A stretch of 64,000 nucleotides of DNA. Origin: an uncultured bacterium (GTDB lineage: Bacteria; Auribacterota; Erginobacteria; Erginobacterales; Erginobacteraceae). Below, in pieces: positions 16,571 through 26,113 of the stretch. The notes under the pieces were generated by a model. That model did no database searches. It had not been told where the DNA came from and saw only the letters and a list, made by a program, of their open reading frames with translations. Location of the stretch: NCBI GenBank assembly GCA_963822585.1, contig CAWGIE010000010.1, positions 155,578 through 219,577 of the forward strand, read 5' to 3'. Position numbers and translations under genes: made by a program. The number at the start of each line of letters is the position of its first letter. Position 1 is the stretch's first letter.

Positions 16571-17404
16571 TTAATCGGACAGCAGGGCCTTCCCGATCGC
16601 CTCCGAAAAGCCGTCATCATCGTTGGCGGCGACGGCCGGAAATTCTTCTTTCAGTTCCCGGCAGGCGTTGGCGACGGCGAAACCGGCCCCCGCCCAGCGC
16701 AGGAGGGGCAGGTCGTTGTAGTCGTTCCCGACCGCGATCACGTTCTTTGCCGCCACCCCGATCGTCTCCGCCAGCCCGGCCGCGGCCCGGTCCTTGCCTG
16801 CCCCTTCGGGAAGAATCTCCATCCAGTGCGACCGGTGGTCGAGGGGGGAGGTGGTCCGGATCACGGCGACGCCGGACATTCCCTGCCGGACCCGGAGGAA
16901 GAAGTCATACCCGGTCTCGGGAAAGACGGCGACGATCTGGCAGGATTTTTCCATCCCCGGGGACTCTTCCAGAGGCGCCGCCCAGCGGCGATAAAGGCGG
17001 ATCCGGCGGTGGAAGTCCGGGTTGCCCCGTCCCTCCCCGTGAAAAGAGAAGCGGTGATTTTCGGGGATGGGATCGTGGACCATGAAATCGGCCCCGGCGG
17101 CGATCAGCTTCCGGGAGAGCTTCGTTACCTCGGCGCCCGACAGGTGATACGCCCGCAACAGGCGCCGCTCCGGCCAGTCAAAGATGCCGCACCCGGAAGA
17201 GAAGATGACATAATCGACCGGGAAGGAGGGCGGGAGCACCTTCCGCAAGGAGAAGGGGGACCGGCCGGTCGCGATCACCCGGGTGACCCCCCGGCGGCCG
17301 AGTTCGACCAGGGTTTCATAATCCCGTTTACTGACGGACCGGTCGCTCCGGAGCAGGGTGCCATCGAGGTCGGTGACGGCCATCTTCAGCTGCATGGATC
17401 GCAC
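16571..17404 (-). CDS. HAD-IIB Cof-type hydrolase
   Basis: Motif I VTDLDGTLL. Motif IV AVGNDYNDLPLL. Confidence 0.8.
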   Translation of the reverse strand: MRSMQLKMAVTDLDGTLLRSDRSVSKRDYETLVELGRRGVTRVIATGRSPFSLRKVLPPSFPVDYVIFSSGCGIFDWPERRLLRAYHLSGAEVTKLSRKLIAAGADFMVHDPIPENHRFSFHGEGRGNPDFHRRIRLYRRWAAPLEESPGMEKSCQIVAVFPETGYDFFLRVRQGMSGVAVIRTTSPLDHRSHWMEILPEGAGKDRAAAGLAETIGVAAKNVIAVGNDYNDLPLLRWAGAGFAVANACRELKEEFPAVAANDDDGFSEAIGKALLSD

Positions 17405-17407
17405 TTT

Positions 17408-19009
17408 CTACTCCAGGGCGCCCGGGGTCTTGTGCCGCGCGGCTTTCGTAAAAGAGAAGATAAAGAGCATCGCCGCTACCAGCAGATACCCGACGGCGAA
17501 ATGATAGGGGACCTGCCGGGGGATGGCGTCCAGCGTCCAGGGCAGGTATATCTCACCATCGATGGTGGCGGAATGGATAATCCCGAAAAAGGTCATCAAG
17601 GCGATGACCACGAGATAGAGTGAACTGAGCTTTAACTTCCTGTCTATCATCTCGGCCAGGAAAGCCCCCCAGAGGAGACCGGTGAGGATGAAGCCGTTGC
17701 CGAGAGCGAGGGTGACCAGTACATCGGGGATGGTCGTCCCCGCTTCGGAGATGAGGTGTCTCAGGTGATCGGCGGAGATGATGGTCGCGGTCTCGTATTT
17801 GATCGAGAGGAGCCGGGCGATGGTGGGAAACATGGCCAGGATCACGGCCGGGGCATGCCGTTTGGGCGAATCGGTAAATGCCTGGGAGACGATATCGATG
17901 CCGACGAAGACCAGGATCGGGGCCAGGACCGCGGCCGGTATCAGGTTGAGGAAAAACGATAAGTACCCCATCATTCCGCCGATCCCGATGAAGAGCCCCG
18001 TTAAAAGAGTATAGCCGGCCCGGGCGCCCATCCGCTTGTAGGCCGGCTGGCCGGCATAGGGGGTGGACTGGGCGACGCCGCCGCAGACTCCGGCGACCAG
18101 CGTGGAGATCGCCTCGGTGAGAAGGATGGAACGGGTATTATAGTCATCGCCGGCAAGCTTGGCGCTGGCGGTGACGTTGATCCCCCCGACCACGGTGAGG
18201 ATGGCGAAAGGGATGGCGATTGGAAGGTAGGTAAGCGCGGGGACCAGCCCTTTTATGAAGCCGAGGTGAGGGAGAGGCAACCCGAAATAGAAATGCGTCG
18301 AGGGAGGGGAATAGGTCCCGGCCAGGATCCCCTGTGAGCCGAGGACGTGATAGAGGACGGTGCCGAGAATCACTGCCGCGAAAACACCGGGGATCTTTCC
18401 CGGCAGTTCCAGTTTCGCGACCAGGGAATAGAGAACGAGTCCCAGCGCGATCAGGCCGACAATGGGAAGGCCGAAGATATTCGCCAGGGGGATGAAACCG
18501 ATCAGGAGGAGGCCGATCCCGGCCAGCGAACCCAAAAGCCCCGCGGTGGGGACGATCTTGGCGACCCAGTTCCCGCAGCAGGAGGTGATGACTTTGAAGG
18601 CGCCGATCATGACCATGGTCGCCATTCCCAGGTACCAGGTCATCAGGGCGGCGTCGGTCACCGAGTGGCCGTCTTTCTTGAAGGCGACAAAGGCGGGTCC
18701 GAGGACGGCCAGGGCGATCCCGATGGTGGAGGGCGCGTCCAGACCCAGCGGCATTGCGGTGACGGTCCTGTTGCCCGTCTTCCGGGACAGGCGGAAGGCC
18801 AGCCAGGTGTAGATCAGATCGCCGAAAAGAACTCCGAAAGCCGTCCCCGGTATCATCCGCTTGTAAACGATATCGGCGGGGAAATCAAAAGCGTAGATCA
18901 GAATGCCGGCAAGAAAGGCCAGGACGGCCATATTGTCGGAGATCATGCCGAAAAAACCGCTGATGTCCCCGGCGACGAACCACTGGTATCCTTCCCGGCT
19001 TCCCTTCAT
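17408..19009 (-). CDS. polytopic permease (possibly NCS2/AzgA-like)
   Basis: 533 aa, at least 12 TM segments. The family guess is weak. Confidence 0.6.
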   Translation of the reverse strand: MKGSREGYQWFVAGDISGFFGMISDNMAVLAFLAGILIYAFDFPADIVYKRMIPGTAFGVLFGDLIYTWLAFRLSRKTGNRTVTAMPLGLDAPSTIGIALAVLGPAFVAFKKDGHSVTDAALMTWYLGMATMVMIGAFKVITSCCGNWVAKIVPTAGLLGSLAGIGLLLIGFIPLANIFGLPIVGLIALGLVLYSLVAKLELPGKIPGVFAAVILGTVLYHVLGSQGILAGTYSPPSTHFYFGLPLPHLGFIKGLVPALTYLPIAIPFAILTVVGGINVTASAKLAGDDYNTRSILLTEAISTLVAGVCGGVAQSTPYAGQPAYKRMGARAGYTLLTGLFIGIGGMMGYLSFFLNLIPAAVLAPILVFVGIDIVSQAFTDSPKRHAPAVILAMFPTIARLLSIKYETATIISADHLRHLISEAGTTIPDVLVTLALGNGFILTGLLWGAFLAEMIDRKLKLSSLYLVVIALMTFFGIIHSATIDGEIYLPWTLDAIPRQVPYHFAVGYLLVAAMLFIFSFTKAARHKTPGALE

Positions 19010-19039
19010 CCGTTCCTCCTGTCTCGTCCACTGATTATA

Positions 19040-19600
19040 CTAATGTTCACTGACGGCCCCCGCCGCGCCCTCTTTAATAACCACAAAGACACTAAGACAC
19101 TAAGATAGATATAAAAATATCTTGATCGTTGGACGTTCGAAGTTGGAAGTTAGAAGTTCGACGTTCAGTTTTTCATCCCCCGCCGCGCCCTCTTTCTTGA
19201 ACCGCATAGACGCGGAGATCGCAAAGAAAAAGTTTACGCAACCGACTCGTTCGACGTTCGAAGTTGAGCGTTCGATGTTCGACGTTCAGTTTTTCATCCC
19301 CCGCCGCGCCCCCTTTTTATCAGCCGCAAAAAGGCGCAAAATTCGCAAAAGTATACTATATGAGCACCTGATTAACCTGATTTCCCTGATGGTTCCCTCA
19401 TCGTGCAGCCCTACATGAATGCCCAATTCCCAATGGCCGACTTCCATTATTCAACTATACCATTCGACATTTGGATATTGGTTATTGGAGATTGGTCATT
19501 GGTTATTCGGGCGGATATGGGGGTTCGCCTCTGGATCGTTGGACGTTCGAATGTTGAACGTTCGAACGTTGGACGTTCATTTTTTAACCCCTCCCTCCCG
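19040..19600. repeat. complex direct/palindromic repeat region (CGTTCGAA-rich modules each followed by CATCCCCCGCCGCGCCCTCTTT)
   Basis: Modules at about 19130-19200, 19255-19320 and 19535-19590. Extra CCCCCGCCGCGCCCTCTTT at 19047. Tandem GACACTAAGACACTAAGATAGATAT at 19088. Confidence 0.6.
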
Positions 19601-21439
19601 TTTCCGGCGGGAAAGGAGCAGGATGTGCCGCAGTTCCTCTTCCCCCGTCGCCTCCCGCCACCGTCGGTCGAAGTCGGACCCGTGAGCGATCTGGGCGATG
19701 GCCATCAATGCCCGCAGGTGAAAATTCCTCTCGTCCCTGGACCCGATGAGAACGAACATGGCGTGCACCGGCCGCTCCACGCAGGGGAAGGAGATGCCTT
19801 TCCGGGCGCGGACCAGGAGGAGGTGAAATACTTTCTCGCCCGCGATCAGGATGTGAGGGATGGCAAGACCGGGGTGGATGACGGTGCAGGACTGTTCTTC
19901 CCGTTCCCGGAACATGCCCACCAGTGAGTCTTCGTCTTGGTGCAGCAGCGGTGAGAGCGCGCGGGCGATCTCCCGAAACGCCTCCCCGGATGATATCGCC
20001 TCCGGGAAGTCGATCACCGGACAGACGTTTACCAGGCGGTCGAAACGGTCTTCGATAATTTCGTCCCGTTGCATCAGGATATCTTTCAGCTCGTTCTCCA
20101 ACGTGGGCTGAAGGAGTTCCCGGTCGGTCACCCGCTGTACCACGTGCATCAGGGCGGATTGCCGCCGGACCCCCTTCCGGGGGTAGATGAGATACCAGAA
20201 GATGCCTACGATGACAAAGAGCCCGGTGATGAGCAGGGGGACTGCTCCCATCTCGAAAATAAGGAACGCGTAGATGATAATCGCTCCAATCTGTATCCAG
20301 GGATAGAAGGGGGACCGGAAGAGGGGGCGATAACTGTGGATCTTGCTCTCCCTCATGATAATGACGCTGAGGTTCACGCTCATGAAAAGAAGGATCATCA
20401 TGGTGGAGGCGGTCTTGACCAGGTTCTCCAGATCGAGAAAGAGGATCACGCAGATCATGAAGGCCGCGGTGACGAGGATGGAGGTTATCGGCGTCCCGCT
20501 CCGGTGGTGAGTTCTTTTGAAAAGAGGGGGCAGGAGACTGTCCGCGCTCATCGCCATCGGGGCCCGGGAGGCCGCGAGGATTCCGGCATTAGCGGTGGTG
20601 ATGAAGGCGATCATGGCCGCTCCGGCAAGAATAAGCATCCCGGGGGTCCCCATCAGGGCCCGGGCGGCCAGGGAGATCGGGGTGAGGGAATTTCTGAGAA
20701 CCGGCGCCGGCAATACCCCGACCGTTATCCCGACCACGACGATGTAAAGAAGGCCGACCACGACATAGGCGGCGATCATCCCCCGGGGAATACTCCGCCC
20801 CGGGTTGATGGTCTCCTCGGCCACGCTGGCGACCTTGGTCAGGCCGCCGTAGGATATGAAGATCAGACCCACGGTGGCGAAGACGGCCTTCATACCGTCC
20901 GGGGCGAAGTTCTTGAAGTGATCGAGCTGGATCCTCTGGATCCCGACGGCGGAAAAAAGGATGAGGGCCCCCAGGAGAGCCAAAACCAGCCAGATCTGGA
21001 ACCGTCCGGCGTGCTTGACTGAAATAATGTTGACGGCGGTGAAGACAAGACAGAAGAAGACGGCGATCAGATCCATCTGGAACTCGGTGATGCCGGGGAA
21101 GATCAAGATCCCGAACGCTCCCATCCCCGCCAGCGCGAAGGCGCTCTTGAAGCTGATCGAGAACCAGTTCGCCAGCCCCGCCAGCGTCCCGGCCAGGGGA
21201 CCCAGGCTGCGCTCGATGAAAAAGTAGGTCCCCCCCGATTTGGGCATCGCCGTGGCCAGTTCCGCCTTGGAAAGGAGACTGGGAATGATAAGAAGCCCAG
21301 CCAGCAGATAGGCGAGGATGACGGCCGGTCCGGCCCGCGCGAAGGCGAGCCCGGGGAGGACAAAGAGCCCGGAGCTGATCATCGCCCCGGCGGCGATGCT
21401 GAAGATGCCGACGGTTCCCAGTGTGCGTTTAAGTTCCAT
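19577..21439 (-). CDS. APC-family amino-acid permease fused to C-terminal PTS EIIA-Ntr (PtsN-like) domain
   Basis: N-terminal 12-TM APC-like region (MELKRTLGTVGIFSIAAGAMISSG...). The C-terminal 150 aa has GLAIPHI (EIIA-2 phospho-His motif, cf. PtsN GIAIPHG) plus PtsN-like VHAMFVLIG...HLRALMAIA. Confidence 0.7.
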   Translation of the reverse strand: MELKRTLGTVGIFSIAAGAMISSGLFVLPGLAFARAGPAVILAYLLAGLLIIPSLLSKAELATAMPKSGGTYFFIERSLGPLAGTLAGLANWFSISFKSAFALAGMGAFGILIFPGITEFQMDLIAVFFCLVFTAVNIISVKHAGRFQIWLVLALLGALILFSAVGIQRIQLDHFKNFAPDGMKAVFATVGLIFISYGGLTKVASVAEETINPGRSIPRGMIAAYVVVGLLYIVVVGITVGVLPAPVLRNSLTPISLAARALMGTPGMLILAGAAMIAFITTANAGILAASRAPMAMSADSLLPPLFKRTHHRSGTPITSILVTAAFMICVILFLDLENLVKTASTMMILLFMSVNLSVIIMRESKIHSYRPLFRSPFYPWIQIGAIIIYAFLIFEMGAVPLLITGLFVIVGIFWYLIYPRKGVRRQSALMHVVQRVTDRELLQPTLENELKDILMQRDEIIEDRFDRLVNVCPVIDFPEAISSGEAFREIARALSPLLHQDEDSLVGMFREREEQSCTVIHPGLAIPHILIAGEKVFHLLLVRARKGISFPCVERPVHAMFVLIGSRDERNFHLRALMAIAQIAHGSDFDRRWREATGEEELRHILLLSRRKREGGVKK

Positions 21440-21601
21440 TTTAAAATTTTTCTTCGAAATAAAATTTTTCTTCGAAAAATTTTTGATTTGAAAAATGATC
21501 AGGACAAAAAAGCGACACGTCAGCGGCCTGATTTTATCAAAATATAATACCATTCATTCTTTTGAACCAGAATAATTAACCCGATTTATCAATAAATCGG
21601 G

Positions 21602-22492
21602 TTAACGCCAATGGGGGAGGCGGTCGTTACCCGGGCTGGTCATGAACGGGCGGACGGTCCCCCGCTCGAGATCATAAAGAAAAAGCTGCCAGCGCCCGGT
21701 ATCCCGCAGTGAGGAGAAGAGGATCTTCTTTCCGTCCGGCGAGAAGACGGGGAAGTAGTCCTTGGCCGGGTTGTCGGTCAGCCGGGTCAGTTCCCGGGAA
21801 GAGAGACTATGGAGGTATATCTCGGTGTTGGGCCGGTCGATGTGCCGGACCAAGGTGACGGTTTCCCCGTCCGGCGACCACCCGGGGTGGCAATTTCCGG
21901 GGCCGCCGCAGAATTCCCGGACCGAGAGATCGGCAAGGTCCATGACGGCCGCCCGCCAGCGCCGGCCCGGCTTCGACTTCAGGGTAAATGCCAGGCGATC
22001 ACCCCCCGGAGAATAGACCGCCCCGAAACGCGCTCCTTCGTCCCGGTACCGGGTCAGCTGCTTGAGATCGCTGCCTGCGGGGTCCATGGTATAGAAGTTT
22101 TCGGAACCGTCCCGGTCTGAGCAGAAGAGTATCCGCCGGCCGTCGGGGGACCAGGCGGGAGACCAGTCCCGGGCCGGGTGGTCGGTCAGGCGGGTGAGGC
22201 CGCTCCCGTCGATATTTATCAGGTAGATCTCGCCGTTTCCGTCCCGGTCCGATTCGAAGATGACCCTGGTTTTATCGGGGGAGAGTCGAGGGGATTCGTC
22301 GGCGGCCGGATCCGCGGTCAGCCGCCGGATGTCTTCACCTTCCGGTCCGCAGAGGTAAATCTCCCGGTTGCCGTCCCGGTCGGAGTCGAAGACGATCCAT
22401 TCCCGGGCGGGTTGGGGTGTCGGATCTTCTCTTGCGGGGTGAATGATTAAGAGTAAAAACGAAAGGAGAAAGGATATCGCCAAAATGAACAT
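21602..22492 (-). CDS. TolB-like PD40 beta-propeller repeat protein
   Basis: Repeated DG..i.F.SDRDG..eIY units. Confidence 0.75.
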   Translation of the reverse strand: MFILAISFLLSFLLLIIHPAREDPTPQPAREWIVFDSDRDGNREIYLCGPEGEDIRRLTADPAADESPRLSPDKTRVIFESDRDGNGEIYLINIDGSGLTRLTDHPARDWSPAWSPDGRRILFCSDRDGSENFYTMDPAGSDLKQLTRYRDEGARFGAVYSPGGDRLAFTLKSKPGRRWRAAVMDLADLSVREFCGGPGNCHPGWSPDGETVTLVRHIDRPNTEIYLHSLSSRELTRLTDNPAKDYFPVFSPDGKKILFSSLRDTGRWQLFLYDLERGTVRPFMTSPGNDRLPHWR

Positions 22493-22499
22493 AATTCCC

Positions 22500-22620
22500 G
22501 GTGGTCGGTTAGCCGGTAATCAGTAATCGGTAATCGGTAATCGGTCCGCTGCTGCCCGATGCAACACCGATCTCTGATTACCGATCACTGATTACCGATT
22601 ACTATTAGTTATTGTTCTAT
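22500..22620. repeat. long imperfect hairpin of TAATCGG/CCGATTA heptads
   Basis: CGGTAATCAGTAATCGGTAATCGGTAATCGG ... CTGATTACCGATCACTGATTACCGATTAC. Confidence 0.6.
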
Positions 22621-23533
22621 CTTGGCTGTCCCCGCCATTCCCCGCAGCCGCCTGATCCGTTCTTCGACCGGAGGATGGGTGCTGAACAGGGAGCTCTCTT
22701 TTCTTTTCCCGGATTGACTTGATCGGGCTGACGATGTAGAGATGCTGGGTGGCCCGGTTGGATACTTCCAGCACCCCCGGGTTCCGGGATATCTTCTCCA
22801 GGGCGGAGGCGAGGCCCTCCGGGTACCGCGTCATCAGGGCGGCCTGGGCGTCGGCCAGGTACTCCCGCTGGCGGGAGACGGCCAGCTGGATGATCAGGGC
22901 GAAGAGGGGCGCCAGAATAGCCAAAACCAGGGCCACCACCATCAGGATTCCGCCTCCTCCCGATGAACTGCCGCTTGACCTTCGCCGCCCCCCGCCGGTC
23001 CAGAAAGTGTAGCGGAGAAAGAAATCGGACATCAGGGCCACCATCCCCACCAGGATGCCGATCAGGGTGGCGAAAAGAATGTCGTAATCGCCGACGTGGC
23101 TCAGTTCATGAGCCAGGACCCCCTGGAGTTCGGCCCGGTCGAGACGCCGCAGGAGCGCGGTGGTGACGGCGATCGAGGCGTGAGCGGGATCCCTTCCGGT
23201 GGCGAAGGCGTTGGGAGCGTCGTCGTCCGTAATGATGTAGAGCGCGGGCATGGGGAGGCCGGAGGCGATGGTCAGTTCCTCCACGACGTTATAGAGCTGG
23301 GGATACTGTGCCCGATCGGCCGGCCGGGCGTGGCTCACCGCCAGCACGATCCGGTCCCCCCGGTAATAGCCGGTCAGGGCCATGGCGACCGAGAAGACAA
23401 AGGCGATGATGACGGCGTAGGGTCCGAAGCCGGCCACCCGGCCGAAGATGTAGCCGAGGAGGATAACCGCGGCCACAAAGACGACGACCAGGATGAGGGA
23501 GTTGCGCTTGTTTTGAGAGATTTCCGAGTACAT
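22592..23533 (-). CDS. htpX: HtpX-like M48 zinc metalloprotease
   Basis: HELSHV (HExxH), then EYLAD. N-terminal TM helices. Start set at MYSEISQ; the longer listed ORF reads through a repeat. Confidence 0.8.
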   Translation of the reverse strand: MYSEISQNKRNSLILVVVFVAAVILLGYIFGRVAGFGPYAVIIAFVFSVAMALTGYYRGDRIVLAVSHARPADRAQYPQLYNVVEELTIASGLPMPALYIITDDDAPNAFATGRDPAHASIAVTTALLRRLDRAELQGVLAHELSHVGDYDILFATLIGILVGMVALMSDFFLRYTFWTGGGRRRSSGSSSGGGGILMVVALVLAILAPLFALIIQLAVSRQREYLADAQAALMTRYPEGLASALEKISRNPGVLEVSNRATQHLYIVSPIKSIREKKRELPVQHPSSGRRTDQAAAGNGGDSQDRTITNSNR

Positions 23534-23566
23534 ACGATTTGCCCCGTTTTTTTGAAAATAGCTAAG

Positions 23567-23660
23567 AGGAGTGATGGAGTGTTGGAGTGTTGGAGTGTTG
23601 GAAAAACGGGGCCTTCGATACCCATTACTCCACCACTCCACTATTCCATCACTCCATTTC
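23567..23660. repeat. R1 palindromic element (GGAGTGATGGAGT... / ...ACTCCATCACTCC hairpin)
   Basis: One of four copies; the others are at 41674-41766, 51485-51568 and 53946-54052. Confidence 0.7.
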
Positions 23661-23711
23661 GCTTTCTCCCCTCGCGTGAATTAGCCGGATAGCAGGTGCC
23701 CGGGGCAACAG

Positions 23712-24269
23712 TTACTGGAACGATACCTTCACCGGTTCTTTCTCTTCCGGAGTCTCGACCTCGAAGAACTCTACCCCGGTGAACCCGAAGGTCCCGGCGA
23801 TCAGGTTGGTCGGGAAGACCTGGATCCGGGTGTTCATCTTCATCGCCTGGTCGTTATAATGCTGCCGGGCGAAAGAAATCCTGTTCTCGGTGGTGGTCAG
23901 CTCCTCCTGGAGCTTGAGCATGTTCTCGTTGGCCTTCAACTGGGGATAGTTTTCCGCCACCGCGAAGAGAGAGCGGAGGGTCTGGGAGAGGAAGTTTTCC
24001 GCTTTTGCCTGTTCGGCGGCGCCGCCAGTGACATCAATCGCCTGGGTCCGGGCCCGGGTCACGTTCTCCAGCACCTCCCTCTCGTGCTTCATGTAGCCCT
24101 TGCAGGTTTCCACCAGGTTCGGGATCAGATCGTAGCGCCGCTTCAGCTGGACGTCGATCTGGCTCCAGGCGTTCTTCACTTGCTGGCGGAGCCGAACCAG
24201 CCCATTATAGGCGGAGATGGCCCAGATAATGAGGACGGCAAAAAGAATAACGGGAATCCAGAGCATCAC
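23712..24269 (-). CDS. lemA: LemA family protein
   Basis: N-terminal TM helix. LemA-like NGLV..RQ...AWSQIDVQLKRRYDLIPNLV. Confidence 0.8.
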   Translation of the reverse strand: MMLWIPVILFAVLIIWAISAYNGLVRLRQQVKNAWSQIDVQLKRRYDLIPNLVETCKGYMKHEREVLENVTRARTQAIDVTGGAAEQAKAENFLSQTLRSLFAVAENYPQLKANENMLKLQEELTTTENRISFARQHYNDQAMKMNTRIQVFPTNLIAGTFGFTGVEFFEVETPEEKEPVKVSFQ

Positions 24270-24351
24270 TGACCTCCTTTTCTTGAACCCAATTTAAAAA
24301 TCAGGTTAGTTTTGAACAATGACGAAAGATACAGGGACCGCATTCATGACG

Positions 24352-24598
24352 AGAGCTTACTCGAAAATTTCGTAAGCTTTCAAATCCTAATCTCTACATC
24401 CTTAATAATATCAAATTCAGCCGCCGTAGCCAAAAGGCTACTATGGCGAAGGAGGCTGACTCAAACTAAAAAAATCCAGAACAACGGGGCGACAACTGGC
24501 GATATTTGAAACATTTGGTCATTTGGATTTTGGATTTGTTTAGGATTTCGAAATTAGGATTTCGGATTTCCCGCTCGAAATCCTTTTCGAGCGGGGTG
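24352..24598. repeat. R2: about 245-bp AT-rich MITE-like element (AAATCCTAA-rich, internal hairpin CAGCC..GGCTG, terminal hairpin CCCGCTCGAAATCCTTTTCGAGCGGG)
   Basis: One of four copies; the others are at 30882-31122, 33990-34195 (inverted) and 45487-45742. Confidence 0.7.
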
Positions 24599-24606
24599 TG
24601 GATTGT

Positions 24607-25875
24607 TTATTTTTCCTCCCCGGATATCGGTTCCGCCCAGGGAGGGTGTTGTAAAAGATAGCGGCTGATTTCCCGGGCGACCAGATTCGAACCCTGAACG
24701 GTCAGGTGGCAATCGTCATAAAACACGTCGGTGGTGCGGGGGAAGACCGCGGCCAGGTCGATGCATTCCATCCCCCGCCACCGGCAGAAACTGACCACGA
24801 GCTGATTGTATCTCTCCAGGCCGTCCGCGAGCGCCCGGGCCGTATAGTAAGGCTGCCCCCGGCTGGTTTTAAACGGTCCCACCCCTCCCATCCAGAGCCG
24901 GTTTTCTTCCTCGGGCGTCATCTCTTTCTTCCAGAGCGCGGGCTGGGTGACAAAGATGAGCCGAACGTCTTTCCGGGCGGCGAGGTCGATCAGTTCGCGG
25001 ATATTAGAGAGATACTCCCGCAGGGCCGGCCCCAGATCCGGGAGTTGATCGATCCGGTCAGGGGAATTCCGGCGGTTTTCGCGCCAGAGAGCGACGATCT
25101 TTCCCCGGGAATCCTGGGGGCGTTCGGAGAAAAATCGTCTCCCGATCCGTTTTGCCACTCTCCAGAGGCCGGTCTTTTTATAAAAGGGAGGAGGGGGGAG
25201 GGAAAACTGATAAGGGACGAAGAGAAAGGCGTGGTCGAGCTGACGGCTCTCCGCTTCCGGCTGTTCCAGGTAATGAGGGTCATAGGCTTCTCCCTGACGG
25301 AGCCGGAGCAGGAGGTCGTTGACTCCGAGCAGAACGATGACGGCGTCGACGTCAAGGGCCAGGGGCTGGAGAGGAAGGTATTTGAGATGGCAGATGTGAT
25401 CCCGGCTGTTCATGCCGCTCCGTCCGCCGTTGCCGACCCAAACTTGCAGCCGGGGCTGCTCTTTTTCCAGGTTGGAGATGATCAGCCGGGGCCAGGTGAC
25501 TCTCTGGTCCAGATAGAGGCATTCGGCCGCGCTCCCTCCCAGAACCAGGAGCCGGTAATCGTCGTTGGGAGCCGGATTGTAGCTTCTCAGTCCGTAGGAG
25601 TTGGTGCGGAACCAGACCCGGGGGCTGGTCCCGGGAAGAATCTTCTGGTCCGGAGCGAAGATTCTTTCCATCCCGGGCGGCCAGATATAGAAATTGTCGG
25701 GCGCCGGGATCAGGCGGGCGGCGAAGAGTTCCAGCAGGAGGATGGAGATCAGCACGATGATGATCACCATGCAGGTCTTGAGCAGCTTCAGCTTGAAAGC
25801 GATATCCTTCATCATGCGCGGAATAGCGGGTGACGCGATAGAGAGCACGTTAACCCGATTTATTCCTGTTGTCAA
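24607..25875 (-). CDS. SGNH/GDSL-family hydrolase with N-terminal membrane anchor
   Basis: LVLGGSAAE (block I Ser), GVNDL (block III) and DDCHLT (DxxH). Confidence 0.65.
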   Translation of the reverse strand: MTTGINRVNVLSIASPAIPRMMKDIAFKLKLLKTCMVIIIVLISILLLELFAARLIPAPDNFYIWPPGMERIFAPDQKILPGTSPRVWFRTNSYGLRSYNPAPNDDYRLLVLGGSAAECLYLDQRVTWPRLIISNLEKEQPRLQVWVGNGGRSGMNSRDHICHLKYLPLQPLALDVDAVIVLLGVNDLLLRLRQGEAYDPHYLEQPEAESRQLDHAFLFVPYQFSLPPPPFYKKTGLWRVAKRIGRRFFSERPQDSRGKIVALWRENRRNSPDRIDQLPDLGPALREYLSNIRELIDLAARKDVRLIFVTQPALWKKEMTPEEENRLWMGGVGPFKTSRGQPYYTARALADGLERYNQLVVSFCRWRGMECIDLAAVFPRTTDVFYDDCHLTVQGSNLVAREISRYLLQHPPWAEPISGEEK

Positions 25876-26113
25876 GCCGGGGGTTTTTTCATTAGAGTTG
25901 TATAAAGTAGCGCCGAAGGCGGTAATTTATTGCTTCGGAATTTCAATGAATCGAAATTCCTGGGTATCGTTGATCGGTTGCGCAGCTCGAAACGTTGAAC
26001 GGTGTACGGTTACGTGGGGCTCGCCCCGCAACCGTTCCCCGCAACCGATTCGAGCAGCGCAACCGCAACCTTTTAACCCGAATGTCGCCCGAACAAAGTG
26101 AGGGCTAAGTTCT

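Noticed and set aside
16305-16574. 89-aa ORF in the convergent gap between tauE and the HAD gene
   Set aside because: No RBS and no motif; likely non-coding terminator region.
16516-17085. 189-aa Arg/Pro/Ser-rich + strand ORF
   Set aside because: Low-complexity translation of the antisense strand of the HAD hydrolase gene; a GC artefact.
22592-23641. N-terminal extension MEWWSNGY... of htpX, and similar extensions of kdsC (51507) and the GT2 gene (41697)
   Set aside because: The extensions are translations of the R1 palindromic repeat (HHSITP / LQHSITP peptides recur on both strands). True starts were placed after the repeat.
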